In this document: positions 1 through 10,056 of the stretch, one piece after another
Numbering within the stretch: the first letter of the stretch is position 1
Layout of the letters: each line of letters begins with the position of its first letter
Assembly: GCA_041737255.1 (NCBI GenBank)
Contig: JBGSSB010000042.1
Coordinates: 32,129-96,128 of the forward strand
Direction of reading: 5' to 3'
Length of the DNA: 64,000 nucleotides
Origin: Chlamydiales bacterium
GTDB taxonomy: Bacteria; Chlamydiota; Chlamydiia; Chlamydiales; FEN-1388
Made by a program: the position numbers and the translations under genes
Notes under the pieces: generated by a model
What the model saw: the letters and a program-made list of their open reading frames with translations, nothing else
The model's database searches: none
Told to the model about the DNA's origin: nothing

Positions 1-19
1 TTTACTTCATAAAGGGGAT

Positions 20-1039
20 TCATACACCACTTCCCATAGTTACCAGCTGCTGCTGCTGCTTAAAGCATCGGCATTGATGACCGCTGTCGCTACCTATTAG
101 CTGTGGCACTTTTTGCGTGCAGACTTTCATAGCAAAGGGGCAACGTGGCATAAAGGCACACATGCCAAGATACTGGCCAATCTGAGGCGGTGATCCCTGA
201 ATTGGGCGAAGCTCGCTTGAATCATGGTCGATAAGGCGAGGAAGACATCCCAAAAGGGCTTGCGTATAGGGGTGTTCTGGCTTAGCAAAAATATCTCTGA
301 TAGCAGCCTGTTCAACGATTTTTCCGGCATACATAACGGCCACGCGATCTGCTATTTTTGCCACTACGCCCATATCGTGGGTAATAAAAAGTAGGCTCAT
401 GCCAAGTTCTTTTTGCAGCTGCATAAGTAGGTCTAGTACTTGGGCTTGTATTGTCACATCAAGAGCTGTTGTTGGCTCATCGGCAATTACAAGTTTTGGA
501 CGGTTTACAAGAGCCATAGCAATAAGCAGTCGCTGTCTCATACCACCAGATAACTCATAAGGATAGGCCGAAAGACGCCGCATGCAATCAGAAAATCCAA
601 CCTGGCGCAGCATCTCTGCTGCAACGGCATATCGCTCATCTTTTGATGGATATAAATCTGAGCACATAGCCTCCATAAGCTGCGTGCCTATTTGAAGTGT
701 AGGATTTAAACAGCTAAGAGGGCTTTGAGGGATAAAGGCAATGTCTTTACCTCGAATTTTGCGCATTTGGGCCTGAGATTTTTCGAGCAGGTTTTGCCCT
801 TCAAAAAGTATCTGGCCACCAGCTACCTTGGTTAGGGGAGAGCGAAAGAGGTTCATAATAGACATGGCGGTGATTGTCTTACCAGATCCTGATTCGCCAA
901 CAAGGGCTAGTGTCTCGCGAGGAAAAAGGCTAAATGAAACATCGCGCAAAAGGGGATGGCAACCTGTTTGGGTGTTTAAGGTAACATGAAGGTTTTCAAC
1001 TTTTAGCAAAGGTGCTTGATCCATTAGCTTTTGATCCAT
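20..1039 (-). CDS. oppD: Oligopeptide/dipeptide ABC transporter ATP-binding protein
   Basis: 339-aa ORF. Walker A GESGSGKT, ABC signature LSGGMRQR, Walker B LVIADEPTTALD, and an Opp/Dpp-type C-terminal extension. Abuts the upstream permease gene at 1039. Confidence 0.9.
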   Translation of the reverse strand: MDQKLMDQAPLLKVENLHVTLNTQTGCHPLLRDVSFSLFPRETLALVGESGSGKTITAMSIMNLFRSPLTKVAGGQILFEGQNLLEKSQAQMRKIRGKDIAFIPQSPLSCLNPTLQIGTQLMEAMCSDLYPSKDERYAVAAEMLRQVGFSDCMRRLSAYPYELSGGMRQRLLIAMALVNRPKLVIADEPTTALDVTIQAQVLDLLMQLQKELGMSLLFITHDMGVVAKIADRVAVMYAGKIVEQAAIRDIFAKPEHPYTQALLGCLPRLIDHDSSELRPIQGSPPQIGQYLGMCAFMPRCPFAMKVCTQKVPQLIGSDSGHQCRCFKQQQQLVTMGSGV

Positions 1040-1974
1040 TAATTCTCCTTCACTTTTTGTGTAAGGTGACGACGCGACTGCGGATCAAGCATATCCCTTA
1101 CGCCATCCCCTAGCAAATTAAAGGCAAAGATAGTAAGGGTAATTGTTACCGAAGGTATAAAAAGGCGCCACGGATAAAAGCGCATAGCACCCATGGCATC
1201 GCTTACTAAAGAGCCAAGACTTGCTAAGGGTGGCTGCATGCCAATGCCTAAAAAGCTTAAAAAAGCCTCAGCAAATATAGCCTGTGGAATACTGAGCATA
1301 ACAATGCATGTAACAGGCCCTGATATGTTTGGTAAAATATGGCGCAAGATAAGGCCGCCTGTTCCTACACCAAGAGACCGGGCAGCTCTGAAATACTCAG
1401 TTTGTTTTATACCTATTACAAGGCTTCTTGTAATACGCGCCATCTGAATCCAGCCAATAATTACCATGGCAGCAATAATTGGAGCAAAGCCAGGGCCCAT
1501 AATTACAGTAATTAAAATAGCAAAAAGCAGATAAGGAAGGCAGTAGATCATTTCGGCGATGCGCATCATAATATGATCCGTATTACCACCTCTAAGCCCC
1601 GCTGTCATACCCCATGAAACACCAAGCACAAGATCGACAAAGGCAGCAGCAAGGCCAATTTCAAGAGATATACGTAAGCCTATGCACACCCGAGTCCACA
1701 TATCTCGGCCAAGTTCGTCAGTTCCAAATATATGAGACATGCAAGGTGAGAGATTTTTTAGCGGCAGGTTTGTCTGGTCATATGCATAAGGGCTTAACAT
1801 TGGCCCAAAAATGGCCATAACAGCCAGCACGCTTAAAATAATAGTCCCAATAAAAATACTTTTTTGGGTGCGAATTACTGAAAAAAATGAACGCGGATCC
1901 TGAACCTTAGGTTCATGATCTAGCAAAATCTGCTCTCTTTCGCTTGCTGACAGTGGATAAAATTCGTCTATCAT
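1039..1974 (-). CDS. oppC: Oligopeptide ABC transporter permease
   Basis: 311 aa, multi-TM binding-protein-dependent permease with an OppC-like N-terminal extension. Its start overlaps the oppB stop (1971-1974). Confidence 0.85.
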   Translation of the reverse strand: MIDEFYPLSASEREQILLDHEPKVQDPRSFFSVIRTQKSIFIGTIILSVLAVMAIFGPMLSPYAYDQTNLPLKNLSPCMSHIFGTDELGRDMWTRVCIGLRISLEIGLAAAFVDLVLGVSWGMTAGLRGGNTDHIMMRIAEMIYCLPYLLFAILITVIMGPGFAPIIAAMVIIGWIQMARITRSLVIGIKQTEYFRAARSLGVGTGGLILRHILPNISGPVTCIVMLSIPQAIFAEAFLSFLGIGMQPPLASLGSLVSDAMGAMRFYPWRLFIPSVTITLTIFAFNLLGDGVRDMLDPQSRRHLTQKVKEN

Positions 1975-2936
1975 GCAGTAGCCCTGACAGTTTTACGAGT
2001 CATTAACATGCTTTTAGCTTCGGGATTAAGAAGCGCACACAGCAGATCAATTACAGTGTGATTAAAAATTAAAAGTATGCTGTAAAAAAGTGTAAGACCA
2101 CCAATTACCGGAAAATCACGATTGATAACGCTATTTACAAACCAGAGGCCAAGACCTGGTATTCCAAAAACACGCTCAACAGCAAAGCTGCCAACAAGAA
2201 CATTTGTGGTAACAGGGCCAAGATAGGAGAGTATAGGTATAATTGCATTTTTTAAAACGTGAACAAATACAACACGACCCTCTTTTATCCCTTTAAGGCG
2301 GGCAACCTGTATATATTCTTTTGTAAAAACCTCGAGCATGTTTACACGAAGGAGCCTTGCTATGTAACATGCCGGCCCAATAGATAACGCCAGCGCCGGA
2401 AGGACAGTATGAGCAAAGCTTCCCCAACGGGCTACAGGAAAAATCGGAAAGTAAAAAGCAAAAAGAAACTGCAATCCTGCTGCCAAGACAAACGTGGGTA
2501 TTGAAACCCCTAGCACAGCAAAAGACGTTAATACAACATTTGAATAACCCCGGGAATTAAGTGCGGCAAGTGTGCCAAACAAAATACCGCAAGGAAGTGC
2601 AAACAAAAGCGCTTCAAGACCAAGTGTTGCAGAAATTGGCAAACTGCCAAATATAATTTGGTTTACTGTTTGCGAAGGATATTTGAGTGAGGGACCAAAA
2701 TCAAAAGTAAATACCTGAAGGATATAGCGAGAGTACTGTAGATGCAACGGGTCATCAAGGCCATAGTAGCGCCTAATTGCTTCTAGCGTTGCAGGCGGCG
2801 CATTTATTGACTCTTCTGCAAACGGGTCACCCGGCACAAGATGCATCAAAATAAATGTTGCCGTAGCAATAGCAAATAAGGTGAGTATTGACACCCCAAT
2901 TCGACGTAAAAGAAAGTTACATATTGCAGCAAACAC
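1971..2936 (-). CDS. oppB: Oligopeptide ABC transporter permease
   Basis: 321 aa, GTG start. N-terminus FLLRRIGVSILTLF is typical of OppB/DppB permeases; multiple TM segments. Confidence 0.85.
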   Translation of the reverse strand: MFAAICNFLLRRIGVSILTLFAIATATFILMHLVPGDPFAEESINAPPATLEAIRRYYGLDDPLHLQYSRYILQVFTFDFGPSLKYPSQTVNQIIFGSLPISATLGLEALLFALPCGILFGTLAALNSRGYSNVVLTSFAVLGVSIPTFVLAAGLQFLFAFYFPIFPVARWGSFAHTVLPALALSIGPACYIARLLRVNMLEVFTKEYIQVARLKGIKEGRVVFVHVLKNAIIPILSYLGPVTTNVLVGSFAVERVFGIPGLGLWFVNSVINRDFPVIGGLTLFYSILLIFNHTVIDLLCALLNPEAKSMLMTRKTVRATA

Positions 2937-3032
2937 ACTCTACCTATTCTATAGTCCTTACAGAGATAAGCTTATTGCTAGTTTGCTGCAACAAAAAAAT
3001 AACGCTCAAAAATGATTTTAACTTGCTGATTG

Positions 3033-4607
3033 TTAAAGTTTAAGAAGCTCAAATGCAGCATCAAGCGATGCAGGCGTTGGCCCAAAGCTTGCCACAGCAC
3101 TACTACAGGAGGGTATTACCTCTGCATCAAGCGTGGTGCCAACACACAAAAGCACCACATTTTTATTACGCTTTTGTATCTGTTTTATTAGTTCAATCTG
3201 ATTAGAAAATTTCCAGGCATTAGCAGTTAACACAACAATGGAATCTGCTGTTTCAGCAGATTCTAGTACTCGGTTGATCTCATCTTGCGATGGCTGAAGC
3301 GTCTTGTAATAAATAGTTTTATTTTTAGCCATTCGGGTCTGTTCAACTTCAAAACTCAAAAGCTTTGGCGCCACAACAACCAAAGATTTTGGTTTAAAAT
3401 CCGGTTTCATATTGTTGTAGAGTAGCTGCACGCTTCGTTTAGCCACATCCTGGCTAAGCTCTTTACTGTCAGGCATATCAGTTGTAGAAAATGTAAGCGG
3501 ATAGGCTGCTTTACGTTTGAGAATTCTTGCTACAGACTCATCAACTCTTGATGTTGCAATGCGCCCATCAAGTACAGCCTGAACAAGTGCTTGATGCACC
3601 TTGTACATTGAATCAGCCGTCCCAAGTGATTCTTTTGAAAAACCGCCCGCTATCATTAAGAGGTCACAGCCGGCATTAAACGCTTTAATTGCTGCCTCTG
3701 CAACACCTGAGGCCTGACTAAGGGCACCATCCATCAGAAGCGAGTCACTTACGATAATGCCCGTAAACCCAAGTTTTTGCCGTAAGAGACCCTGTAAAAT
3801 GGGCGCTGAGAAAGTGGCGCACATATCAGGGTCTAGTGAGGGAACTAAGAGATGAGCCGTCATAATCACTTCAGCATCATGTGCAAGCTTCATAAAAGGA
3901 TAAAGCTCCACAGCTTCAAGTTCTGTTACAGATTTATCTACTACAGGAAGCCCTTTGTGTGAGTCTACAGTGACATCGCCATGTCCCGGAAAGTGCTTAA
4001 GTGTAGCTATTATTCCCTGCTCTTTATACCCCTCCAGACTTGCCTTAGCAAAAGTGGCTACCTGTTGAGGGCTTGTGCCAAACGAGCGTATGCCAATAAC
4101 AGGGTTTTCGGGGTTTGTGTTCACATCCACAACAGGGGCGAGGTTCATATTGATGCCCACAGCTTTAAGCTGTTGGGCTATAGCGACAGCCACACGCTTG
4201 GCATACTCAGGCTCACCGGTGCGACCAACGGCCCAGTTGCTCGGAAAAAGCGTGAAACCCTGTTTAAGGTGAGTAATAGCTCCTCCCTCCTGATCAATAG
4301 CAATAAAAAGGGGAATGCGGGCAAGACCTTGGAGGCCATCGCTTAGGCGCTTTACCTGCTCGGGGCTTGTAAGGCCATTTGCCGCACGAAAATAGATAAT
4401 ACCCCCTACATGGGCCTTTTGCACCAAAAGCCTGGCATCTTGGCCCACTTCCTCACCCATGTAGTGCACCATGAGCAGCTGCCCTACTTTTTCCTCTAGT
4501 GTCATAGTCTCAATAGCAACGGCGTTGAGTCCCAAAGAAGTCACAATAAACACAAAAAAAGAGAAAAGAAGGGGGAAAAATGCCATTTTACACCTATTTT
4601 TTGACAT
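3033..4607 (-). CDS. nagZ: Exported glycoside hydrolase family 3 beta-N-acetylhexosaminidase (NagZ/YbbD-like, two-domain)
   Basis: GH3 motif KHFPGHGDVTVDSHKGLP. N-terminal hydrophobic signal/anchor MAFFPLLFSFFVFIVTSLG. Extra C-terminal domain as in secreted Bacillus YbbD-type NagZ. Start set at the internal ATG (4605-4607); the track ORF extends to 4673. Confidence 0.8.
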   Translation of the reverse strand: MSKNRCKMAFFPLLFSFFVFIVTSLGLNAVAIETMTLEEKVGQLLMVHYMGEEVGQDARLLVQKAHVGGIIYFRAANGLTSPEQVKRLSDGLQGLARIPLFIAIDQEGGAITHLKQGFTLFPSNWAVGRTGEPEYAKRVAVAIAQQLKAVGINMNLAPVVDVNTNPENPVIGIRSFGTSPQQVATFAKASLEGYKEQGIIATLKHFPGHGDVTVDSHKGLPVVDKSVTELEAVELYPFMKLAHDAEVIMTAHLLVPSLDPDMCATFSAPILQGLLRQKLGFTGIIVSDSLLMDGALSQASGVAEAAIKAFNAGCDLLMIAGGFSKESLGTADSMYKVHQALVQAVLDGRIATSRVDESVARILKRKAAYPLTFSTTDMPDSKELSQDVAKRSVQLLYNNMKPDFKPKSLVVVAPKLLSFEVEQTRMAKNKTIYYKTLQPSQDEINRVLESAETADSIVVLTANAWKFSNQIELIKQIQKRNKNVVLLCVGTTLDAEVIPSCSSAVASFGPTPASLDAAFELLKL

Positions 4608-4707
4608 AGTATAGCTGGTTTCCCTAGGCAAAACAAGGTGCAATACGTAACTCATTGAAATAATAATTATCATTATATAGAATAAAAATTAACAGAAGGG
4701 GTAAGTT

Positions 4708-6330
4708 ATGCACATTCAAAATAGCGCAGATTTGAACAATTACTACCAAAATACAGTTGAAAATGAAGTAAAAGAGCCAAAAAGTAATAAAACAAGACTA
4801 ATTATTGTCAAAGACAAGGATGGCTCTGAACATCTAGAAGCCAGAAAGCTTAGTCTCACTGAACGTATCGGTGCTTTTTGTGGTGGCAAAGCTTCTCTTT
4901 CACGCGTGGTGGAGTTTTGTAACCAGAAAAACATGAACTGCGAAGCTCTAGTAAAATTAGTTGATAGCTACAACGATCAACACAAGGGTAAAATTAGCTA
5001 TTCCTATATGATTCACGGAACATCAGCCACTAAAACAGAGCCGTCTATCATGGGTGTAGCCAATTTAGATACAGCCATTGAACGAGCCTTTGATAAGCAA
5101 GACCTAGAGCCTTTAAATAATTTTCTTGTTTCAAAATTTCCCAATGACCCTGATGTGATGAAGAAGTTAATAGACTACTTTAAACAGGCCGTCAAGAAAG
5201 GGCATAAGGATGTAGCTACTGTATTAGTAAAGCGTCTCGATTTAAAAGACGTAAAAGATATGCTATTATCTGCCTGCACGAACGGCGATCTTGAAACTGC
5301 GAAGGCAATTTGTTCAGGAAGGGATGATAACGTCCTCTACAATAAGGCCCAAGCTGCCGACACACCACTCATAAACGCCGTAAGGGAAAACAAGTTGGAA
5401 GTAGTAGAGGTTCTGCTTTCAACAGCGGTTGTTGACCCTACAGTTAAACCATATACCGGCGACGCCTTGCAAGCTGCAAATAGTGATAAACATATTGAAG
5501 TTGCAAAAGCCCTTCTTAATCACCCCAAAATGTCTATATCCCCAGAGAGATTTGTCTTTCTTCTAAACGAATCAATAAAAAATGGGTCAACTGAAATTAC
5601 AAAAGCACTTTGTTCATCAAAATTTGCTAGTCAGGTAAATGAACATGCTGACACACCTCTTATTAGTGCATGTAAAGATAAGAACATTTCGCTTAGCGAG
5701 CGTAAAGCTGTAGTGAAGCTACTGCTGGAAAACACTGGAGACACAATATTTCATGAAAATTCAAATCATCTCGACGCACTATCTTATACCACAGAGCTAC
5801 TTGATGTGTTTACCGAGTTTGCTAGTAGCCGAGCGCCTCTTGCAGACAAAATGAAAGATAAATTACAACTTAAGCAGCTAAAAGAGCTCGCGACAACCTC
5901 AAGTCAAGAGACGAAAGGTAAAAAAATTAATGACCTTAAATCATTACCTAAAATTGATCGTATGGATCTGCAAAATGCCTTCAATGCAGTCCTAGCCCAA
6001 AAAGATGGGCCTTCAAGCATAAAAACACTAACTCAATATGAACGAGCAGCAATACTTTTTGATCTCGTTCGATCGAGCAGAGTTATTACACCTCAAGAAG
6101 CCGACTTGCTAGTTAAAGGGTTAACTAAAGGACAAGTAGCAAGTTCACTCTCTTGGCTTAACAATCAATTATCGAAATTGAACCCAATCAGTTTGGACAA
6201 ACAAACTTTAAAAGTGTCCAGTGAACAGATAATATTGTTAGGAAAAACGCTGATGAAAGCTTGTGCAGACAGCCCTAAATCAACTGAATACGATCAGTTA
6301 GAACGCATGTACAAGGATTTTAAACCATAA
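4708..6330 (+). CDS. Ankyrin-repeat protein, candidate secreted effector
   Basis: 540 aa. Repeated ANK-like units (GDLETAKAICSG..., DTPLINAVRENKLEVVEVLLS..., DALQAANSDKHIEVAKALLNH..., DTPLISACKDK...). No signal peptide. Opposite strand to the flanking opp genes. Confidence 0.75.
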   Translation: MHIQNSADLNNYYQNTVENEVKEPKSNKTRLIIVKDKDGSEHLEARKLSLTERIGAFCGGKASLSRVVEFCNQKNMNCEALVKLVDSYNDQHKGKISYSYMIHGTSATKTEPSIMGVANLDTAIERAFDKQDLEPLNNFLVSKFPNDPDVMKKLIDYFKQAVKKGHKDVATVLVKRLDLKDVKDMLLSACTNGDLETAKAICSGRDDNVLYNKAQAADTPLINAVRENKLEVVEVLLSTAVVDPTVKPYTGDALQAANSDKHIEVAKALLNHPKMSISPERFVFLLNESIKNGSTEITKALCSSKFASQVNEHADTPLISACKDKNISLSERKAVVKLLLENTGDTIFHENSNHLDALSYTTELLDVFTEFASSRAPLADKMKDKLQLKQLKELATTSSQETKGKKINDLKSLPKIDRMDLQNAFNAVLAQKDGPSSIKTLTQYERAAILFDLVRSSRVITPQEADLLVKGLTKGQVASSLSWLNNQLSKLNPISLDKQTLKVSSEQIILLGKTLMKACADSPKSTEYDQLERMYKDFKP

Positions 6331-6352
6331 AAACAAGCATACCACACTGTCC

Positions 6353-6381
6353 GATCACACCGCACATGGCGCGGTGTGATC
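6353..6381. terminator. Bidirectional stem-loop terminator between the convergent ank gene and oppA
   Basis: Perfect 11-bp stem GATCACACCGC/GCGGTGTGATC (6353-6363 and 6371-6381) with a 7-nt loop, followed by a CTTTTTT run. Confidence 0.7.
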
Positions 6382-6392
6382 AGACATCTTTT

Positions 6393-8006
6393 TTACTTCA
6401 CATTGATAAAGTAGGCATCGTCAATATCTACCATTCCCATAGGCGATAGTGTAGCTTGCTCAAAATTATCATTCTTCCCATAAGAGAAGGCAAAGTGAAA
6501 CAATGGCAAGATTGGTGCATCATCCATAAGTACATTTTGTGCGTTTTGTAGCAACGTCATACGACGTACTGGGTTTGCTTCTGCATTAGACTGATTAAGC
6601 AGGCGAGTGTAGTCTGCATTTTCCCAGCCAGTGTAGTTTGTGCCGTTGTCTTTGTACTGAAACACTGACAAAAAGCTCATTGGGTCGTAGTAATCAGCAA
6701 ACCAGGATCCTGCAGCTAAATCATACTCTTCAGCAAAAAATTTATCATAAAACGTATGAGGCACAGAACCTTCAAGCTTTACATCTATATTAAAAGCTGT
6801 TTTCCAGTTTTGGGCTAAGAGCTCTGCAATTTTCTGCATGCGCTCTGATGAGACGTATGACAAAGTAATTTCAGGCAGGTCATTTCGTGTCATCCCCATG
6901 TCAAGCAAGGCTAGCTCAAAAAGCTTGGCAGCTTCAGCTACGTTATAAAGAGGGGGTCTTGATTGTATGCCCATTCCAGGAGGCACTAAAGATCCCGCAG
7001 GCTTTTGATCGCCTTTCATCACTTTAGCAACGATACTTTGGGTATCAGTAGCTAGGCTGAAGGCTTTTCTAAATTTTACATCATTAAAAGGCGCTTTAGT
7101 TAGATTCATTCGTAAAAACTGTGTGCCAGCAGCAGGTAAAAAATGAAGAGCGTTAGTTGTTTTAAGGGCTGCTTGGCCAGCCTCACCTAGAGTTGAAAGA
7201 GGTGCTCCAACCCAGTCAAGATCACCATTTCTAAATGAAGCAAGTGCTGCTTGATCATCCATAAATGATATATGCGCCTTTTCAAGCTTTACCGTTGGAT
7301 GTCCCCAATAATTTGGATTCTTAACAAGTTCCAGCTTTTGATCAGGCATAAATGAAGCTACATTAAAGGGCCCGTTGGACACGCACTGCATTGCATTTTC
7401 ATCTTTAAAGCCTGGATGAGCTTCGGTCCATTTTTGGTGCACAGGCATATATGCAGCCGTTGCTGTGAGCTGTAAAAAGTATGACATTGGGTTTTCGAGG
7501 TTTACAACGAGTGTGGTGTCGTCTAGTGCATAAATGCCAATTTCATCTTGAGTAGTTCGTCCTTCAAAGTAGCTCTGGGCACCCTTTATCGGAAAGAGCA
7601 TATAAGCCATAGGGGCTTTCATATCAGCCCTAAGCATAGACTTCCAGCTATATTCAAAGTCGGATGCGACAACTTTATCACCATTAGACCATTTAGTGTC
7701 ACGAAGCTTAAAGGTATATGTTTTTAAATCAGGGGATATTTGAATGTTCACAGCACAGCCAGGAAAAATCTTTCCATTTTCATCGATATAGGTAAGGCCT
7801 TCAAATATCATACGGGATATATTTGATGTAATAAGGTTGCTCGACAACCTAGGGTCAAGGCTTAATGCCTTTTCTGCCAAGGGCAGGCGCACTTCTTGCT
7901 TTTTAGAATCGGCTACATCTGAAGCGCTTTGGCTTGATTTTGACGTACAACCTGTAACAATACAGGTAGCAAACAGTGTCGCTACACAGCCATTAAAAAG
8001 TTTCAT
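6393..8006 (-). CDS. oppA: Oligopeptide-binding lipoprotein (ABC substrate-binding protein family 5)
   Basis: 537 aa. Lipobox ATCIVTGC. Length and sequence are typical of OppA/DppA solute-binding proteins. Confidence 0.85.
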   Translation of the reverse strand: MKLFNGCVATLFATCIVTGCTSKSSQSASDVADSKKQEVRLPLAEKALSLDPRLSSNLITSNISRMIFEGLTYIDENGKIFPGCAVNIQISPDLKTYTFKLRDTKWSNGDKVVASDFEYSWKSMLRADMKAPMAYMLFPIKGAQSYFEGRTTQDEIGIYALDDTTLVVNLENPMSYFLQLTATAAYMPVHQKWTEAHPGFKDENAMQCVSNGPFNVASFMPDQKLELVKNPNYWGHPTVKLEKAHISFMDDQAALASFRNGDLDWVGAPLSTLGEAGQAALKTTNALHFLPAAGTQFLRMNLTKAPFNDVKFRKAFSLATDTQSIVAKVMKGDQKPAGSLVPPGMGIQSRPPLYNVAEAAKLFELALLDMGMTRNDLPEITLSYVSSERMQKIAELLAQNWKTAFNIDVKLEGSVPHTFYDKFFAEEYDLAAGSWFADYYDPMSFLSVFQYKDNGTNYTGWENADYTRLLNQSNAEANPVRRMTLLQNAQNVLMDDAPILPLFHFAFSYGKNDNFEQATLSPMGMVDIDDAYFINVK

Positions 8007-8182
8007 CCGGGGTCTCCTGTCATATTCAGTGGAAAAGTCTAGTTAAAGCAAAAGGTTGGCTTTCGAGTCAAGCAACAAAAAACACTTTGCAAAAAAATAA
8101 AAATCGTTAGGATGCTTAAAACCTAGATTCTGCAATAGAAGATGCTAAATTTAGGGTAACAACATTATCTGGAGACCGAAAC

Positions 8183-8767
8183 ATGTTATCTCAAAAGCAA
8201 TGGATTACAATTGCATCAATCGGCCTAGTTGCCACATTAGGCTATTGGGCGGTATCTGAAACTGAATATACACCGACGCACATGGATGCTGAGACCTCCA
8301 CCTGGAAACTCTACAAGCCTAACAGCGATCAATTTGAAGTAATGCTCCCTGCTATTCCTCAGCACGTTAGAGAGTCGCATCCAACAGGCGATGAGTTTAC
8401 AAATTATGATGTCTATCTTTCACAAGATAAGCAGGGCAACGTTTATATGATCAGCCTAACACAATATCCTGAAGCATATGACATGGGCAATCCCGATGAT
8501 ATGTTAGAAGCTGTAAAAAATGGGGCTCTAAGCTCGAATGCCAAAAATGAACTTAAGGAAGTTGAAAAGGGCACCTACATGGACCTTCCATCAATTGATT
8601 TTTTTATTTCTAACAACGACACCGCCATCAGAAGTAAAGTTATTCTAAGCAACAACACACTCATCGTACTCACAGTGATGAACAGAGATGAGGCTAAGAT
8701 TAATAAAGATTTTAAATATTTTGCTGACTCTTTTGTTTTAAAACCCTTTGTAAACCAAAACCCGTAG
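8183..8767 (+). CDS. Hypothetical membrane-anchored protein
   Basis: 194-aa ORF with a single N-terminal hydrophobic helix (WITIASIGLVATLGYWAV). No recognisable motif. Confidence 0.5.
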   Translation: MLSQKQWITIASIGLVATLGYWAVSETEYTPTHMDAETSTWKLYKPNSDQFEVMLPAIPQHVRESHPTGDEFTNYDVYLSQDKQGNVYMISLTQYPEAYDMGNPDDMLEAVKNGALSSNAKNELKEVEKGTYMDLPSIDFFISNNDTAIRSKVILSNNTLIVLTVMNRDEAKINKDFKYFADSFVLKPFVNQNP

Positions 8768-8817
8768 TACTAAAGTCTCATTTTGGGGTACAATACTCCT
8801 AAAATTTTGAGATTTTA

Positions 8818-10056
8818 ATGATAGCCAGTAGATTACGTCTGATTTTAAGCTTAGAGCTTATAGCCTACTACTTTGCAGCCCCCTATATAATCCTCCTTGG
8901 GTTGGATGAAAAAAGGGGACTGCTCGATGCAGCAACCTCCATGAATCACCGCTTATGGAGCTATGCACTTTTAGTTGGAATCTACCCATTTTTACTCATG
9001 CTTGTATCTCCCTATGTGGGACGCCAACTTGATCAGAGACGCTCTAAAATATCTGTGTTACGCAAGGTGCACCTTGCCAATAGTGCCTGCTACTTACTGC
9101 TTGGCCTTGCTGCCTATTTTCAAAGCTATACATTAGGGATTATTGCTCTTTGTATCCCAGGGGTTGTAGGCTGTGCCTCGCCTATTGGAAAATCTCTTAT
9201 TGCAGGGGTTACAAAACCCGAAGTGCGCGTACAGGAATTTGCAAAGCTTGCCTTTTTAAAGGGTCTCGTAAAACTGAGCATTCCACTTGCCAGCGCCTTC
9301 ATTTTTAAAGTATTTCTAAATGAGTCTGGCTATATGCCAATGTTTTTGGTTTCCTGTGCTTTATCTTTTTTCAGCTTTATTTATAGTTTTACCTTTGTTC
9401 ATGATTGCTCCTCAACAGATACCCCCCAACAGGCAAACTGTAAAAATGTGCCAACACCAACGCTCTCTTTACTGCGCAGCCTTGTGCAAAAAAATTATGC
9501 CCTGCTTTTAGCCTTTGTGCTTTCAATTACGGGGTATTCTGTTTTTGTAAAGTTTACACCATTTGTGCTCTTTGAAACATTAGGCGAAAACCCCTCAATC
9601 GTAAACTACTTTGCCTCACTTGTTGGTCTTGCCTATGCCCTAAATCAATTTATTGTGGTTCGCTATGCAGATAAAGTAGCAAAACTCGTTGGCCTTATTT
9701 TTGCTATACTTTGCAGCTGCACGATGCTTCTTTGTTTTACAAGCGCAAGCCCTGTTTGGTTTTTAGGGTTTTTTATAGTACTTTTTTGCTTTTCAGTACT
9801 TAACACATGCATAGAGGCTAGGCTTTCGCTCCAGGGGATAGCAGCAAACCAAGGCACCGTACAGGGGATTTTATATAGCGTCGAAAACTGGGGATACATA
9901 ATAGCTCCCATAATGGGCTCCTTCATTGCCAGTTTTTCAACACTCTACCCACTTTATTTTGTTACCATACTGGCAATGATTGCCTCCCTATTTTTTGCCT
10001 ATTCACAGCTACTTAACAAGAGATTACAACGTGAGTATTATACTAAAACCGGGTAG
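8818..10056 (+). CDS. MFS-type transporter
   Basis: 412 aa, roughly 12 hydrophobic segments. MFS loop motif YVGRQLDQRRSK. Unrelated in sequence to the Bcr-type pair further downstream. Confidence 0.7.
   Translation: MIASRLRLILSLELIAYYFAAPYIILLGLDEKRGLLDAATSMNHRLWSYALLVGIYPFLLMLVSPYVGRQLDQRRSKISVLRKVHLANSACYLLLGLAAYFQSYTLGIIALCIPGVVGCASPIGKSLIAGVTKPEVRVQEFAKLAFLKGLVKLSIPLASAFIFKVFLNESGYMPMFLVSCALSFFSFIYSFTFVHDCSSTDTPQQANCKNVPTPTLSLLRSLVQKNYALLLAFVLSITGYSVFVKFTPFVLFETLGENPSIVNYFASLVGLAYALNQFIVVRYADKVAKLVGLIFAILCSCTMLLCFTSASPVWFLGFFIVLFCFSVLNTCIEARLSLQGIAANQGTVQGILYSVENWGYIIAPIMGSFIASFSTLYPLYFVTILAMIASLFFAYSQLLNKRLQREYYTKTG

Noticed and set aside
1-19. Possible start of a downstream oppF on the minus strand at the window edge.
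   Set aside because: The only ATG there (complement of 8-10) is followed by a stop after two codons. Absence of oppF cannot be judged because the window ends here.
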